Of a DNA stretch of 64,000 bases, positions 24,529 to 34,558 are shown one piece after another. The notes beneath the pieces were generated by a model, which was not told where the DNA came from, did not search any database, and saw only the letters and a program-made list of their open reading frames with translations. This DNA comes from Shigella phage Sf16, in sequence record MF158043; one strand, given 5' to 3'. The translations under genes and the position numbers were made by a program. Every line of letters starts with the position of its first letter. Within the stretch, counting starts at the first letter, position 1.

Positions 24529-24545
24529 AACTACCTCCGAGGTTT

Positions 24546-24592
24546 CTGACGGGTTCCTATATAATTTTCTATATAGGTAGTATACCCGTCAG
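24546..24592. promoter_or_regulatory. nested perfect palindrome (possible operator/terminator)
   Basis: ctgacgggt ... acccgtcag outer arms with inner cctatata ... tatatagg. Confidence 0.4.
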
Positions 24593-24611
24593 GTTACTCA
24601 TGTCAACAACT

Positions 24612-24761
24612 TTATACTAAATACATTCTAACTGCTGCATTCACTGCAAATGATAACAGAGTAAGGGCTAAGGCTGCTTTGTATGTTATACTTAACAGTT
24701 TACTTATGAAGTAAGATAATGATAAAACAACAAAAACAAACAGGATAATTGTACTAAACAT
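24612..24761 (-). CDS. candidate 49-aa hydrophobic miniprotein (not in ORF track)
   Basis: hand translation MFSTIILFVFVVLSLSYFISKLLSITYKAALALTLLSFAVNAAVRMYLV; GAGG 5 nt upstream of ATG. Confidence 0.3.
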   Translation of the reverse strand: MFSTIILFVFVVLSLSYFISKLLSITYKAALALTLLSFAVNAAVRMYLV

Positions 24762-24769
24762 ACTAACCT

Positions 24770-25870
24770 CTATTCATAGTCTCGAATTACTAGCCCAACA
24801 GGGAACTGTAAAGAACCCTTACGAGTCATCTTCTGGAACTGAACCGTTAAAGGTTTCCCGATAAATTCTTCAGGATGTTCAGCAAGATACTGTTTCTTCT
24901 CGTGTGTAGTTTTCCATGAAACATCTACAAAGACGTTAGGAAGAGTCTCTACAACGAACTTACCATGACCACGTTTATCAGTCTTTACACCAGTTACTTT
25001 AAATTCCTGTGTGTGCATCTTCTTGTGCTTAATCAGGAAGTAAGAGCGATGACCACACTCATAGAACGAATCTGGTGAGATTGACCGATACATTGCCCCT
25101 TCAAACTTGAGTTTAACCCAATTGTCATGAGCATTATCAAATTCTTCCCAAGAGTTAACACGGATTGTCTGAACAGGTACAACCCTGCAAGCATCACCGA
25201 GTTCAACGATTGGTGAATTATCAATAACTTCACGACGCTCAGGCCAAGATTTAGTCTTGTCACAGATATCATACCAGTAGAATTTAAGAAGGTGACGGTC
25301 TGGATTGTCAGCATTCTTAATCATAGACACAATATCTTCCAAGTCCCAACCATGAGCATAAATCTCACCGTCGAAATCTTCAACATCTTTGTGCAGTTTC
25401 AGCATAAGAAGAACATCAGGAATCAACTCTACAGGAATGTTGTATACCGTGTTCTCACGAGAGTATGCTGTAAAACTTTCTGAGTCAGCATCTCTTGAAA
25501 TCCTGCAACGAACCCCGTCAAGTTTAGGTTGAGCATCGGCAGGGAATACCAGATACTTCTTGTGACTTATCTTGGAAGCATCCTGAGCAAGCTGTACACC
25601 AACCTTCTCAACATTCTCTGCTTCAGACTTTGTGTAAGCATACCCTTTACGGTCAACCTGCTTCTTGTACTTAGCAGCAACTTCAAAGAGAGCTTGCTGT
25701 TCAGCATTACGCTCATTCTTCTTACCGATGTTCTTAGGTTCTGCTGTGTACTCTTCAAACATCATCTTGCCATTTTCTTTACCATAAGTTGTGACGACTT
25801 TATCACCTACAGCAACACATGACCAGACGTTGAAAGAACCATCTTTATTTTGTTTGTACAGAATTGTCAT
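24770..25870 (-). CDS. ATP-dependent DNA ligase
   Basis: adenylation motif I KLDGVRC (KxDG) with surrounding ligase-like context. Confidence 0.7.
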   Translation of the reverse strand: MTILYKQNKDGSFNVWSCVAVGDKVVTTYGKENGKMMFEEYTAEPKNIGKKNERNAEQQALFEVAAKYKKQVDRKGYAYTKSEAENVEKVGVQLAQDASKISHKKYLVFPADAQPKLDGVRCRISRDADSESFTAYSRENTVYNIPVELIPDVLLMLKLHKDVEDFDGEIYAHGWDLEDIVSMIKNADNPDRHLLKFYWYDICDKTKSWPERREVIDNSPIVELGDACRVVPVQTIRVNSWEEFDNAHDNWVKLKFEGAMYRSISPDSFYECGHRSYFLIKHKKMHTQEFKVTGVKTDKRGHGKFVVETLPNVFVDVSWKTTHEKKQYLAEHPEEFIGKPLTVQFQKMTRKGSLQFPVGLVIRDYE

Positions 25871-25961
25871 TTATTACGTGCCTCACAAGCTAGACAACCT
25901 TTTGTGAAAAATGAGTGCCAAGAGCACCCTCCAAAATCTTCAGAGATGATACGTAAGACTC

Positions 25962-26219
25962 TCATTGCCACTTACCTTTTAAATACACATTTACAACTTG
26001 GTGGTCATAGCCATCTTTAAGTTTATGCTTGACCTCTTCAACTCTGTAGTTCCAATCATTAATCTCAACAGTCTCCCCTTCTCGTGGAATAACTGGATTG
26101 CGTTGAGCTACAGTCATAGTGCTGAAGATGTTTTCATACTTATAGATAAAGTTTACTAGAACCTGCATATCAATATCCTTCATCAAAAACTGTGGTGTGT
26201 GACTGACTATTCTTCCCAT
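25962..26219 (-). CDS. hypothetical protein
   Basis: 85-aa ORF; true start may be an internal Met. Confidence 0.35.
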   Translation of the reverse strand: MGRIVSHTPQFLMKDIDMQVLVNFIYKYENIFSTMTVAQRNPVIPREGETVEINDWNYRVEEVKHKLKDGYDHQVVNVYLKGKWQ

Positions 26220-26415
26220 ACTTGTAAGAAGTTGTCGTCTGAGAATTTGGGCAGCGAACTACAATAACATCTCTGCTAGTGGCATCACCATTAAGCTTGT
26301 AAATCTTACAGTCTTGCATTTCTGGAGGAAGTCTGTAAGAAGCATCCTTGTTCTCATAAGAAGGGTTGCACCCCACCAGTAGGACCGCTAAAGCTGGTAT
26401 CAATAATTTTAACAT
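26170..26415 (-). CDS. small lipoprotein
   Basis: signal peptide with lipobox MLKLLIPALAVLLVGC. Confidence 0.5.
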   Translation of the reverse strand: MLKLLIPALAVLLVGCNPSYENKDASYRLPPEMQDCKIYKLNGDATSRDVIVVRCPNSQTTTSYKYGKNSQSHTTVFDEGY

Positions 26416-26425
26416 TTTAAACCTC

Positions 26426-26692
26426 TCAATAAAATAAATCTGAAGCTTTTGAATTTACAGGATTCAAAGAACCTTCGTAATGTTCTTCATAACCCTCTTG
26501 GCAGATATTATACAGTTCTTTGAATCGGGTTTCATCAACTGGTTTAACATCTTTCTTAGCGCATAAGAAGAGATACCAATCATACCCCAAATCTCTGCAC
26601 CAAGCCTCTGAGACAAAAGCTATTGATTTGTCTTCGCTCTTGAAGATTACTAAAGCTTCTTGCTCTTTATTGCTCATTTTTGGTGTCTCCAA
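26426..26692 (-). CDS. hypothetical protein
   Basis: 88-aa ORF. Confidence 0.35.
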   Translation of the reverse strand: METPKMSNKEQEALVIFKSEDKSIAFVSEAWCRDLGYDWYLFLCAKKDVKPVDETRFKELYNICQEGYEEHYEGSLNPVNSKASDLFY

Positions 26693-26883
26693 AATTCAAT
26701 ATCAATAAGTTCCTGTGCAATACTCTTCAGATTCCCTTTCAAGAAAACCTTTTCAGAGTTAGGTAGGCTTGCATTATCAATGAGTCTATTCATTCTGTCA
26801 AAAAGAGTTTTCTTCCGATTCTTGATAGTCTCTTTTGAAGCCCCTTGCATCATGGCAAGATGAGTTCTTCCACGATGGCTCAT
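26674..26883 (-). CDS. hypothetical basic protein
   Basis: 69-aa ORF. Confidence 0.35.
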   Translation of the reverse strand: MSHRGRTHLAMMQGASKETIKNRKKTLFDRMNRLIDNASLPNSEKVFLKGNLKSIAQELIDIEFWRHQK

Positions 26884-27080
26884 AGACGTTCACCTTTAAG
26901 GTAGCCTGTCTTATCCTTGATAATCTTGCCCCCAGCGATAAAAATATCAACCTTGAAAAGATTTTCATTAGAAAGCTTGAGGTGCTTATGGCTACTGCAA
27001 ATGATGATGCACATAGATTCAATCTCACTTTGAGAGTATCCAGCACATTGCAGTTGAACTTCAATTTCTGAAATAGTCAT
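26880..27080 (-). CDS. hypothetical protein
   Basis: 66-aa ORF, ATGA overlap with downstream gene. Confidence 0.35.
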   Translation of the reverse strand: MTISEIEVQLQCAGYSQSEIESMCIIICSSHKHLKLSNENLFKVDIFIAGGKIIKDKTGYLKGERL

Positions 27081-27141
27081 ACAAGTCTCCTATACAATAT
27101 AGAGTATAAGGTACTCTTCCATGAGCACCTTGTCAACACTA

Positions 27142-29841
27142 TTAGTGGACTTCAAGCCACGATTTACCAACTTTCCCTGCACCTGTGACCAATGTCTCTT
27201 TTCTTAGCCCAAGGTTCTTAGATGCTTGACCATAATACCAGTCAGTTACTGCTTTCACATCTGCTGTCATGCTCTCTGGACATTCCCAGCTTGTTTCATC
27301 GTGGTAAGCACAGAGTAAGCGAGCACCAATAGCTGGTTTACGACCATTCAACTTCATCAAACCTTCGTCAATCATACGACGACATGCAAGGTTGATTGCT
27401 TCATTCTGAACTTGTGCTTCTGAACCCATCAGCAAATAGTTCAAGAGTTTGTGTGGAGACTTACACCACAGCCAAGCCCCAGCAACCTTCACAAAACCAC
27501 CTTTAGAGATTGCAGCAGTCTTACCAAACACCTCTTCAAGTGCTTTCTTAGTTGCTTTGAAATCAGCTTCCAAGTTGTCTAACAGTTTCTTAATCTTCGG
27601 TAAACGCACAAAGTAAGTCTGCTTAGTCAATGCACCTTCCTGAGTAGTTGCTGCTTTAATTGTTTTAGCAAACTTCTCATCACCTGCACCGAACAACAGG
27701 GCATAGATACCATTCTTAGCTTTCTTACGTCCCTTGCTAATCTCATGAAGAAGATTCTCATCCTGAGTAGCACGACAAGTCAAGATATCTTGCTCATCAT
27801 TAAGGCTGAAGTAGATACTGTTCAGAGTGTGAGCATCAGTCCCTGAGTAAACTACGTACAAATCGTTTTCAGAGTCATAACGCAGATACTTGTCAATCTC
27901 TGGATTCAGATACTGGTCAAAGTGTTTGCAGTAGTATCTTCCATCCTCTTGACGAACAAACTCAATCTCTTCTTTACCCTCTGTTACCGCTTTGGTGAAG
28001 TCTTTATCACCCATGAAGTTACAGAGTAGTACAAGCTGTGCAGAGTTCATATCAACAGATACTACGTTGGTTCCCTCTTCACAAATCCACACTGCCCTCA
28101 TTGGCTCACCGTAAACAGCAGCACCAGAAGGTACGTTTACAATACCATACTGAGTCATACGTCCAGTAGAAGTACCAAACACCATTGCACCTGCACTCAA
28201 ACGACCATCTGGACGAATCTGGTTCAGCCAACCTTTCTCATCATCCTTTGAGTTCTCAATAGTCCTGCGTCGGTGCATCAAAGTATAGTACTTCGCAATC
28301 TTCTGTCCAAGCTCACCTTCGATTGTATCATAAGAAGACTCTGTAAGCTTTGGTGAAGTCCTAATCAAGCAAGGTTCAAGCACATCTGTGTACTTCTTAA
28401 CAGACCAGTTATGCTCGATGTAATAGACACCTTCATGCTCAATATAGTTCAACCCACAACGCTCAACCATCTCATCCCACTTAGGATGTTTGTGAATCAT
28501 CTTTTTGTTGTCTTTGAATCTGCAAACCTTGATAGGACGACCATCAGAATCTTTTTTATAGTTCCAATCATCAGGAATCCAGCCAACGGATTTTAAGTAA
28601 TCCTTCACCACAGCTACCTGAGTCATTCGTGAAACTTCAAACTCAATTGGTGTGAATGGTGCATCAATCAAACCAGTGTAGCGACTAGACTCTAACTCAA
28701 AGTGATTAACAACGTGAACGTTGTAGTACTTCACAGTTTTCACAGTCTTAACTGGCTTCCAATCTTTACACTTCTTGCCAATCTTCTCATTCAGTTCATT
28801 ACAAACTGCACGAGCATCTTTCATTGCTACAAAACCTTCAGGGTACTCTTCTTTTGTGACCGTGTTAGTTGGAGTGTAGCAGTTGCGTTTCTCAACATTA
28901 AAAATCTTTGTAGTTGGCTTACCATATGGCTTAATAGGGTACTGCTTCAACTCACCTTCACGCATCTGTTCACGATACTTTGTCTTAGGGTACTTGGTAA
29001 TCCTTTTCAAACCATCGACGTGACCAAATGTATCTACATACTCGTTCCAAGACTTGGCAAATTCTTCACCTGTGACTTTACCTTTTGTCTTAATAGTTGG
29101 TGGAAGGTGTGGTTCAACCTCAGCAGCCAACTCATTAGTTAACTTGTCAAGCTCTTTAACGTGGAACTGCATAAGCTCTACATCAGCTTTCCAACCGTTG
29201 ATAGCTTGCTGACTCATCCAGAAAGATGTTTCTTTAGCTCGCATGTAGGTTTCATAAGTATCCACGCCACACTTCTTAAGCTTGAGATACTCATTGTCAA
29301 GAGCACGTTTAGTTTTGGCGTTAATCTTAATATCTTCTACAACACGAGTAAGAATCTCTGCATTCCAGACACCCCACTCTTCAATCTCTGGTTTACGGAC
29401 ACCTACACGAGCACCCCATGCAGCCAAACCATGAGCACCTTTGTAACCTTTTGGCGTAGGTCTATCCATCCACTGTACGCGAGATTGGATAAGTGAATCC
29501 TGAAAGAAGTCACTCCAAGGCTTACACTTAGGATTCTCAAAGTTCCACAGGTCAGGTGCAATGTGATTAAACACCCACCAGTCATAACCAAGACCATTGT
29601 GGATACAAAGACGTTTAGCTTTCAGTGCAAACTCAACACCTTCACGCAGACCACCTTTGATGTATTTTGTATACTTGTGACCAAGAATAGGCTCATCAGT
29701 GAAAACCCACACAGCAGGTTCATCACTGTCATCTTTATAGTCTGCGAAAGCCATTACGTGTGCTTTTGTAAACTCAAGGAGCAACCCATCAGTTTCTGTA
29801 TCACCAACCAAATGTAATTTTTCGAAATCTACATTGTCCAT
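27142..29841 (-). CDS. DNA polymerase, family A, with 3-prime to 5-prime exonuclease domain
   Basis: N-terminal exo motif VGDTETDG; polymerase motifs VDMNSAQLVLL (motif A-like), KGRKKAKNGIYALLFGAG (motif B-like), LLCAYHDE (motif C-like); strong RBS. Confidence 0.8.
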   Translation of the reverse strand: MDNVDFEKLHLVGDTETDGLLLEFTKAHVMAFADYKDDSDEPAVWVFTDEPILGHKYTKYIKGGLREGVEFALKAKRLCIHNGLGYDWWVFNHIAPDLWNFENPKCKPWSDFFQDSLIQSRVQWMDRPTPKGYKGAHGLAAWGARVGVRKPEIEEWGVWNAEILTRVVEDIKINAKTKRALDNEYLKLKKCGVDTYETYMRAKETSFWMSQQAINGWKADVELMQFHVKELDKLTNELAAEVEPHLPPTIKTKGKVTGEEFAKSWNEYVDTFGHVDGLKRITKYPKTKYREQMREGELKQYPIKPYGKPTTKIFNVEKRNCYTPTNTVTKEEYPEGFVAMKDARAVCNELNEKIGKKCKDWKPVKTVKTVKYYNVHVVNHFELESSRYTGLIDAPFTPIEFEVSRMTQVAVVKDYLKSVGWIPDDWNYKKDSDGRPIKVCRFKDNKKMIHKHPKWDEMVERCGLNYIEHEGVYYIEHNWSVKKYTDVLEPCLIRTSPKLTESSYDTIEGELGQKIAKYYTLMHRRRTIENSKDDEKGWLNQIRPDGRLSAGAMVFGTSTGRMTQYGIVNVPSGAAVYGEPMRAVWICEEGTNVVSVDMNSAQLVLLCNFMGDKDFTKAVTEGKEEIEFVRQEDGRYYCKHFDQYLNPEIDKYLRYDSENDLYVVYSGTDAHTLNSIYFSLNDEQDILTCRATQDENLLHEISKGRKKAKNGIYALLFGAGDEKFAKTIKAATTQEGALTKQTYFVRLPKIKKLLDNLEADFKATKKALEEVFGKTAAISKGGFVKVAGAWLWCKSPHKLLNYLLMGSEAQVQNEAINLACRRMIDEGLMKLNGRKPAIGARLLCAYHDETSWECPESMTADVKAVTDWYYGQASKNLGLRKETLVTGAGKVGKSWLEVH

Positions 29842-30100
29842 TTTTACTCCCTCTCAAATCATTCTGGATAATACCCTACAGCAATTTTCTGCAAAAAGCA
29901 AGTTGACAAACTGCTTGACAAGGTGTTAGTCTTTTCGAAGTGGGTTTTATCTTAATAGACTCCCTTTATAGATTAACTATACAGTTTCTTTAAAAGTCTT
30001 AAAAGATTTTTAATAGCTTTTAAAAAGCTTTAAAGTTATATGTATAACATACATAAAGATAAGAGATTAAAATCTTTATAGATACTTAACAGAGGCAATC
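29842..30100. promoter_or_regulatory. divergent AT-rich control region
   Basis: 259-bp non-coding gap between divergent genes; two TTGACA hexamers, TGCTTGA, AT-rich dyad repeats. Confidence 0.4.
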
Positions 30101-30541
30101 ATGCAGAGGATGTACGTTCACCCAGATATCAATAACCTTGTCCAAGCTTTAGAAAGAGTTGAAGCACTTTACATTGAGGCTCAGAAGGAGTATGCTTATC
30201 AACATCGTCGAATGGTTGATGTTCAGCATGAGATAGAACTATCAAGTGGATACGACGAAGGTTTAAAGTGTTCTGTATTTGAGCACATGAAAGAGATATC
30301 TTCAGAAAGACGTAAAGCGAAAGACACAATCTTTTTGATAGATACCTTAAAAAATAAGTTGCAAAATGGAACGGACTTAGATAGTCTATCCCAACTGCTT
30401 CAGGATGCAGAGAATACGTGGGACAGAAATTACTTCCCACGGTCTGAAAAAGGACTTGACTTCTCTTCACAAGAAAGCTTAAGATTATCACGACTTACTA
30501 TTAACAAAATGAGAGAGATTAAAGATGAAAACTGTAAATGA
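30101..30541 (+). CDS. hypothetical protein
   Basis: 146-aa ORF with AGAGG RBS. Confidence 0.4.
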   Translation: MQRMYVHPDINNLVQALERVEALYIEAQKEYAYQHRRMVDVQHEIELSSGYDEGLKCSVFEHMKEISSERRKAKDTIFLIDTLKNKLQNGTDLDSLSQLLQDAENTWDRNYFPRSEKGLDFSSQESLRLSRLTINKMREIKDENCK

Positions 30542-31319
30542 GATTCTGGAAGAAAAAGGTATTGACGAAGCATTCATGCTGAACACTGTTGAGACTCTTG
30601 CTATCATTATGCGTAGCAACTCACTGTCAGGAAAATTTATCCCTGAATCTCTGCGTGTTGTAAAAAACGCTGTAGAGAATGACGAAGATTTCCGTAAAGA
30701 GGTTGAATACCTGCTGGCTAATAAGACTGATGCTCTGAAAACCATCCTCATCGGTGTTGATGCTTTTGCAACATACATCTTTGATGAAATGTATTCAGGT
30801 GGATACATCCAGATTACTGAGCAGGGTATTAAAGAGCTCGATAACATGAGTGATGAAGACCTTCTGAAAGCTATTTGTACGCCAGTTGCTGCTGTAATGG
30901 CATCGCTAGAGAAGCGTATGAATGATAAGTCACCACGTTATGCAAAACTGGATTGGGGTTTTGATGAAGTCTCTGACAAGGCAATTCAGTATGCTGATGA
31001 GACAATGAATAAGCTGTCAGAGATTACTAATGGTCTCTCTCTAGACCCTATTCAGGTTAAAGTAACTTCAATGTTAAATGCCATCTTTAGTATCATGGGT
31101 ATCCATGCTTTACTTGAAGTGTCAAAAATGTTAGAGTCTGACCCAAGCTTTGTAGAGAGCATGTCACAAGGTGCTCATACAGCAGCACTCGGAGAAGTAT
31201 TTAGTCAAACTGGTGCAGCAGTTCTTAGCACCAAGATTGCAATCAACTTTGGTGAAGAGTTTGTTCAGCAGCTAGAAGCAATGTCTGAGCGTGAACTATC
31301 TGGTTCTAAACTACAATAA
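30525..31319 (+). CDS. hypothetical protein
   Basis: 264-aa ORF. Confidence 0.4.
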   Translation: MKTVNEILEEKGIDEAFMLNTVETLAIIMRSNSLSGKFIPESLRVVKNAVENDEDFRKEVEYLLANKTDALKTILIGVDAFATYIFDEMYSGGYIQITEQGIKELDNMSDEDLLKAICTPVAAVMASLEKRMNDKSPRYAKLDWGFDEVSDKAIQYADETMNKLSEITNGLSLDPIQVKVTSMLNAIFSIMGIHALLEVSKMLESDPSFVESMSQGAHTAALGEVFSQTGAAVLSTKIAINFGEEFVQQLEAMSERELSGSKLQ

Positions 31320-31335
31320 TTGTGGCATACCCTTA

Positions 31336-31359
31336 AGCCTCCTTAATTGGGGGCTTTTT
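31336..31359 (+). terminator. rho-independent terminator
   Basis: AGCCUCC-uuaauu-GGGGGCU followed by UUUUU. Confidence 0.5.
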
Positions 31360-31376
31360 ATTATGGAGTGACTGAT

Positions 31377-32117
31377 ATGAAAAGTGTTATTGCATTTACT
31401 GGAAAGGCTCGTTCTGGAAAGGATACATCTTGCAGCATTGTAAAAAATCTATTGAATGAGGCTGGATACACTGTTAAAGTGTTTGCGTTTGCCGATAACT
31501 TAAAAGCAACTGCTGGGTTTATCTTTGACTTGAACTGGCAAGACCTATATGGTGATACGAAAGAAACACCTAAAAAGTTTAGCTTAGATTTTGACAATCT
31601 TAACTCCCGTGTGGCATGGGCTTTCCAGTTAAACATGAAAAGTAAGGGCATCCATGAAGATGCAAAACTTTGTGGTGAAATCACAGACAGGCTTATCAAA
31701 GAGCTAAAGAAAGTTGGTAAACCTACATTGCTTACAAAGCTTGGTTTGAAAAATGAATATATGATTTCCTCAAGACAAATACAGCAAGTCTGGGGTAGTG
31801 AGGTTATCCGTAAAATTCTTGGAGAGCGTTTCTGGATTACAGATTTGGCAGAACGTATTGAAAAATTCTATGGTGATTGCGTTAAGAAAAGTCACATAGG
31901 TATTGCACTGGTATGTGATTTAAGGTTTGATATTGAAGCTGAGTTCCTTCAAAGCTATGATAGCCAGATAATTGAGATTACAAGAAAAGATGCTATTCAG
32001 GTGGCTTCCCATAGCTCTGAACGTGGTATTTCCACTAACTTCTCTCGTGATATTATCCAGAATAATGGAACGATGGAAGAATTAGAGAGTAAACTTAAAA
32101 CCATTATCAATCTGTAA
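31377..32117 (+). CDS. deoxynucleoside monophosphate kinase-like P-loop protein
   Basis: ATG 31377 with GGAG RBS; P-loop AFTGKARSGKDT resembling T4 gp1 dNMP kinase GxxRSGKDT. Confidence 0.5.
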   Translation: MKSVIAFTGKARSGKDTSCSIVKNLLNEAGYTVKVFAFADNLKATAGFIFDLNWQDLYGDTKETPKKFSLDFDNLNSRVAWAFQLNMKSKGIHEDAKLCGEITDRLIKELKKVGKPTLLTKLGLKNEYMISSRQIQQVWGSEVIRKILGERFWITDLAERIEKFYGDCVKKSHIGIALVCDLRFDIEAEFLQSYDSQIIEITRKDAIQVASHSSERGISTNFSRDIIQNNGTMEELESKLKTIINL

Positions 32118-32120
32118 AAG

Positions 32121-32321
32121 GTGTTGAAGATGAGAGAGAATAATTTTAAAGTAATTGACCACCGTACAGTGGAACTCTCATCTCTTTCCAAAGAAGTTAT
32201 GATGGAGCGACTTGAAAGGGTCGCTTCAAGAAGGAAAGAGATTGCAGAAGAAATCCATGAGCTTGATAAGATTGAAAACGGTCTTAAGGCAGAACTACAA
32301 CGAAGAGGTGTGAATGGCTAA
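32121..32321 (+). CDS. hypothetical coiled-coil protein
   Basis: 66-aa ORF. Confidence 0.35.
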   Translation: MLKMRENNFKVIDHRTVELSSLSKEVMMERLERVASRRKEIAEEIHELDKIENGLKAELQRRGVNG

Positions 32322-34305
32322 ACAGAGAAAACTGAAAGATGCTGGAACATTTGTAGGTCACTGTGCATGTCCACGCCCTCAATGTTTATCTTCAGATGCA
32401 GGTTCTATATATCGTCATGATGACGGTTCGTATTCAATGACATGTTTCAGTTGTGGAAAAGGTTTTCCAGAGTGGGATTTTGATAAAGGGCAGATTGTGA
32501 GCACTCATACTTCAGGTTCAGAGAATAAAAACCGTACATTTCGTGGTATGGATTTGGATGATGTGAAAGAAAACCTAGAAGCAATGGATTTAAAAGACAG
32601 GAAGATTCCTGCAAAAGTCCTTGAGCGTCTTGGTATTAAAGTTGATATTGATGACAATGGTGATATTGATGCACATTTCTATCCAACATACAAAAAGGAT
32701 GAAGATGGTAAGTTGCAACATGTAGGTTATCGTGTTCGTCACAAATATCCAGATGACTATCACAAAGAGCACTTACGTGGGAAGTTGAAAGACTTTTCTG
32801 GTGGTGTTGGAGATATTAAAGGTGAACTGGCTATGTTCGGTTCATGGATTGCTCCAGAAGGTGGTAACCGTCTTTTCATCTGGGAAGGTGAGATGGAATG
32901 TGCTACAGCAATCTACATGACTTCTTTAGCAATTAAAGATAAGTCTAGACGTAAGAATTACTGCCACGTTTCTGTACCATCTGGTGCTAATGTTAAGTCT
33001 ATCAAGGAGAACTATCAGTATATTACTTCCTTTGATGAGATTTACCTATGCTTTGATAATGATGAAGCAGGTGCTAAAGCAACTAAGGAAGCTGCTGGTA
33101 TCTTACCTATTGAGAAAGTAAGACTGTTCCAGTATCCTGAAGGTATTAAAGACCTTAGTGAGTGGTGGACTAAGTTCTTCAAAGATAAAGATACAGTCTT
33201 AGAAGGATTTAAACAACGAATCTACAATGCACCTCGTTACTGCCCTGCTGGTATCAAGAACTTTGCAGACGGTTTCGACGCTATGAAGAATCGTGGTCAG
33301 ATTCCTTTAATTCCTTTCCCAGATTCTTTCGGGGATTTGAATAAGCTGACTTATGGCGGGTATGGTTTAGGTGAGATTACAACCCTTGCTGCACCTTCAT
33401 CTGTAGGTAAATCTGCATATACTCGTGAAATGATTTACAAGGCATGGAAAGATACTGAGTACAACATCGGTGTAATTCCTGTAGAAGATACTTACGAAGA
33501 ACTTATGGAAATGCTCTGTGCAATCCATCTTAGTAAGCAGATTTCAGAGATTCCTTATGATGAACGTAATTGGGATGAGATTAAGGTTGCACATGCTGAG
33601 TTGTCAAAGGGTCGTCGTATTCACATCGTAGACCACCAAGGGGCAATTGACCAAGATAACCTGCTGGAGTTTGTTGACTATCTGGTTAACAGTCTCGATT
33701 GTAAGATTATCATCCTTGACCCTATTACATTGGCACTGTCACGCTCTGATACAGATGAAGAAGAAGTTCTGTCTGAGTTACTTCGTCGCTGTAAGCGTTA
33801 TCAGTATGCTCAGGTAAACGTATGTCACGTTCGTAAGAGTGCAGGTGGTCAAAAGGCCAACTCTGAAGGTGGTGATATTTCTGAAGAAGATATCAAGGGT
33901 TCTGGTGCATACTTCCAGATTTCCATGAACAACATTTTGCTTATGCGTAACAAGGTTGACCCAGACCCTGTTAAAAAGAACTTGACAAAAATCAAGCTAA
34001 CAAAATGTCGCCGTCATGGTAAGTCAACTGGTATTGCTGGTCACACTTGGTATAATCCAGATACAGGTCGTCTTGTAAAGGCTGCTGGATGTGGTGTTGA
34101 TATTGATGGTGCAGCAGAGAATATTCGTCAGCAGTTTGGTATTGGTGAGGCTGAAGACCATTATGATGACTCTATGCCACACTATGAAGATGTTGATTTT
34201 GACCGTGAATCTGGAGAGATTTACACACAAGAACAACGTGAAAGTTCCACCATTCCACCTGTGATTAACGAGGATAATGATGACTGTCCGTTCGAAACTG
34301 ATTGA
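32314..34305 (+). CDS. DNA primase-helicase (T7 gp4-like)
   Basis: N-terminal Cys4 zinc finger (CACPRPQC...CFSCGK), central primase-like region, C-terminal Walker A AAPSSVGKSAYT. Confidence 0.8.
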   Translation: MAKQRKLKDAGTFVGHCACPRPQCLSSDAGSIYRHDDGSYSMTCFSCGKGFPEWDFDKGQIVSTHTSGSENKNRTFRGMDLDDVKENLEAMDLKDRKIPAKVLERLGIKVDIDDNGDIDAHFYPTYKKDEDGKLQHVGYRVRHKYPDDYHKEHLRGKLKDFSGGVGDIKGELAMFGSWIAPEGGNRLFIWEGEMECATAIYMTSLAIKDKSRRKNYCHVSVPSGANVKSIKENYQYITSFDEIYLCFDNDEAGAKATKEAAGILPIEKVRLFQYPEGIKDLSEWWTKFFKDKDTVLEGFKQRIYNAPRYCPAGIKNFADGFDAMKNRGQIPLIPFPDSFGDLNKLTYGGYGLGEITTLAAPSSVGKSAYTREMIYKAWKDTEYNIGVIPVEDTYEELMEMLCAIHLSKQISEIPYDERNWDEIKVAHAELSKGRRIHIVDHQGAIDQDNLLEFVDYLVNSLDCKIIILDPITLALSRSDTDEEEVLSELLRRCKRYQYAQVNVCHVRKSAGGQKANSEGGDISEEDIKGSGAYFQISMNNILLMRNKVDPDPVKKNLTKIKLTKCRRHGKSTGIAGHTWYNPDTGRLVKAAGCGVDIDGAAENIRQQFGIGEAEDHYDDSMPHYEDVDFDRESGEIYTQEQRESSTIPPVINEDNDDCPFETD

Positions 34306-34558
34306 TAGTTATCTGAAGGAGGGTTTTGAACCCTTCTATTCAGAAAAAAGCAGAGAAAAATTTGTAAAAGAGTGCTTGACTAAGATAGAGCAGTTCGGTA
34401 AAGTACTCATCAACAAGGGACATGAAGTAAAGTTTGAACACTTATCAAAAGATAATGTTGAGCAATTTGCATTAGCGATTGATGGGTTATCTACAGTTTA
34501 CATCTTTACCTTGACTAATAAACATTTTGAATATGAAATATATCGGAGAGATTCATGA
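34277..34558 (+). CDS. hypothetical protein
   Basis: 93-aa ORF. Confidence 0.35.
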   Translation: MMTVRSKLIDSYLKEGFEPFYSEKSREKFVKECLTKIEQFGKVLINKGHEVKFEHLSKDNVEQFALAIDGLSTVYIFTLTNKHFEYEIYRRDS

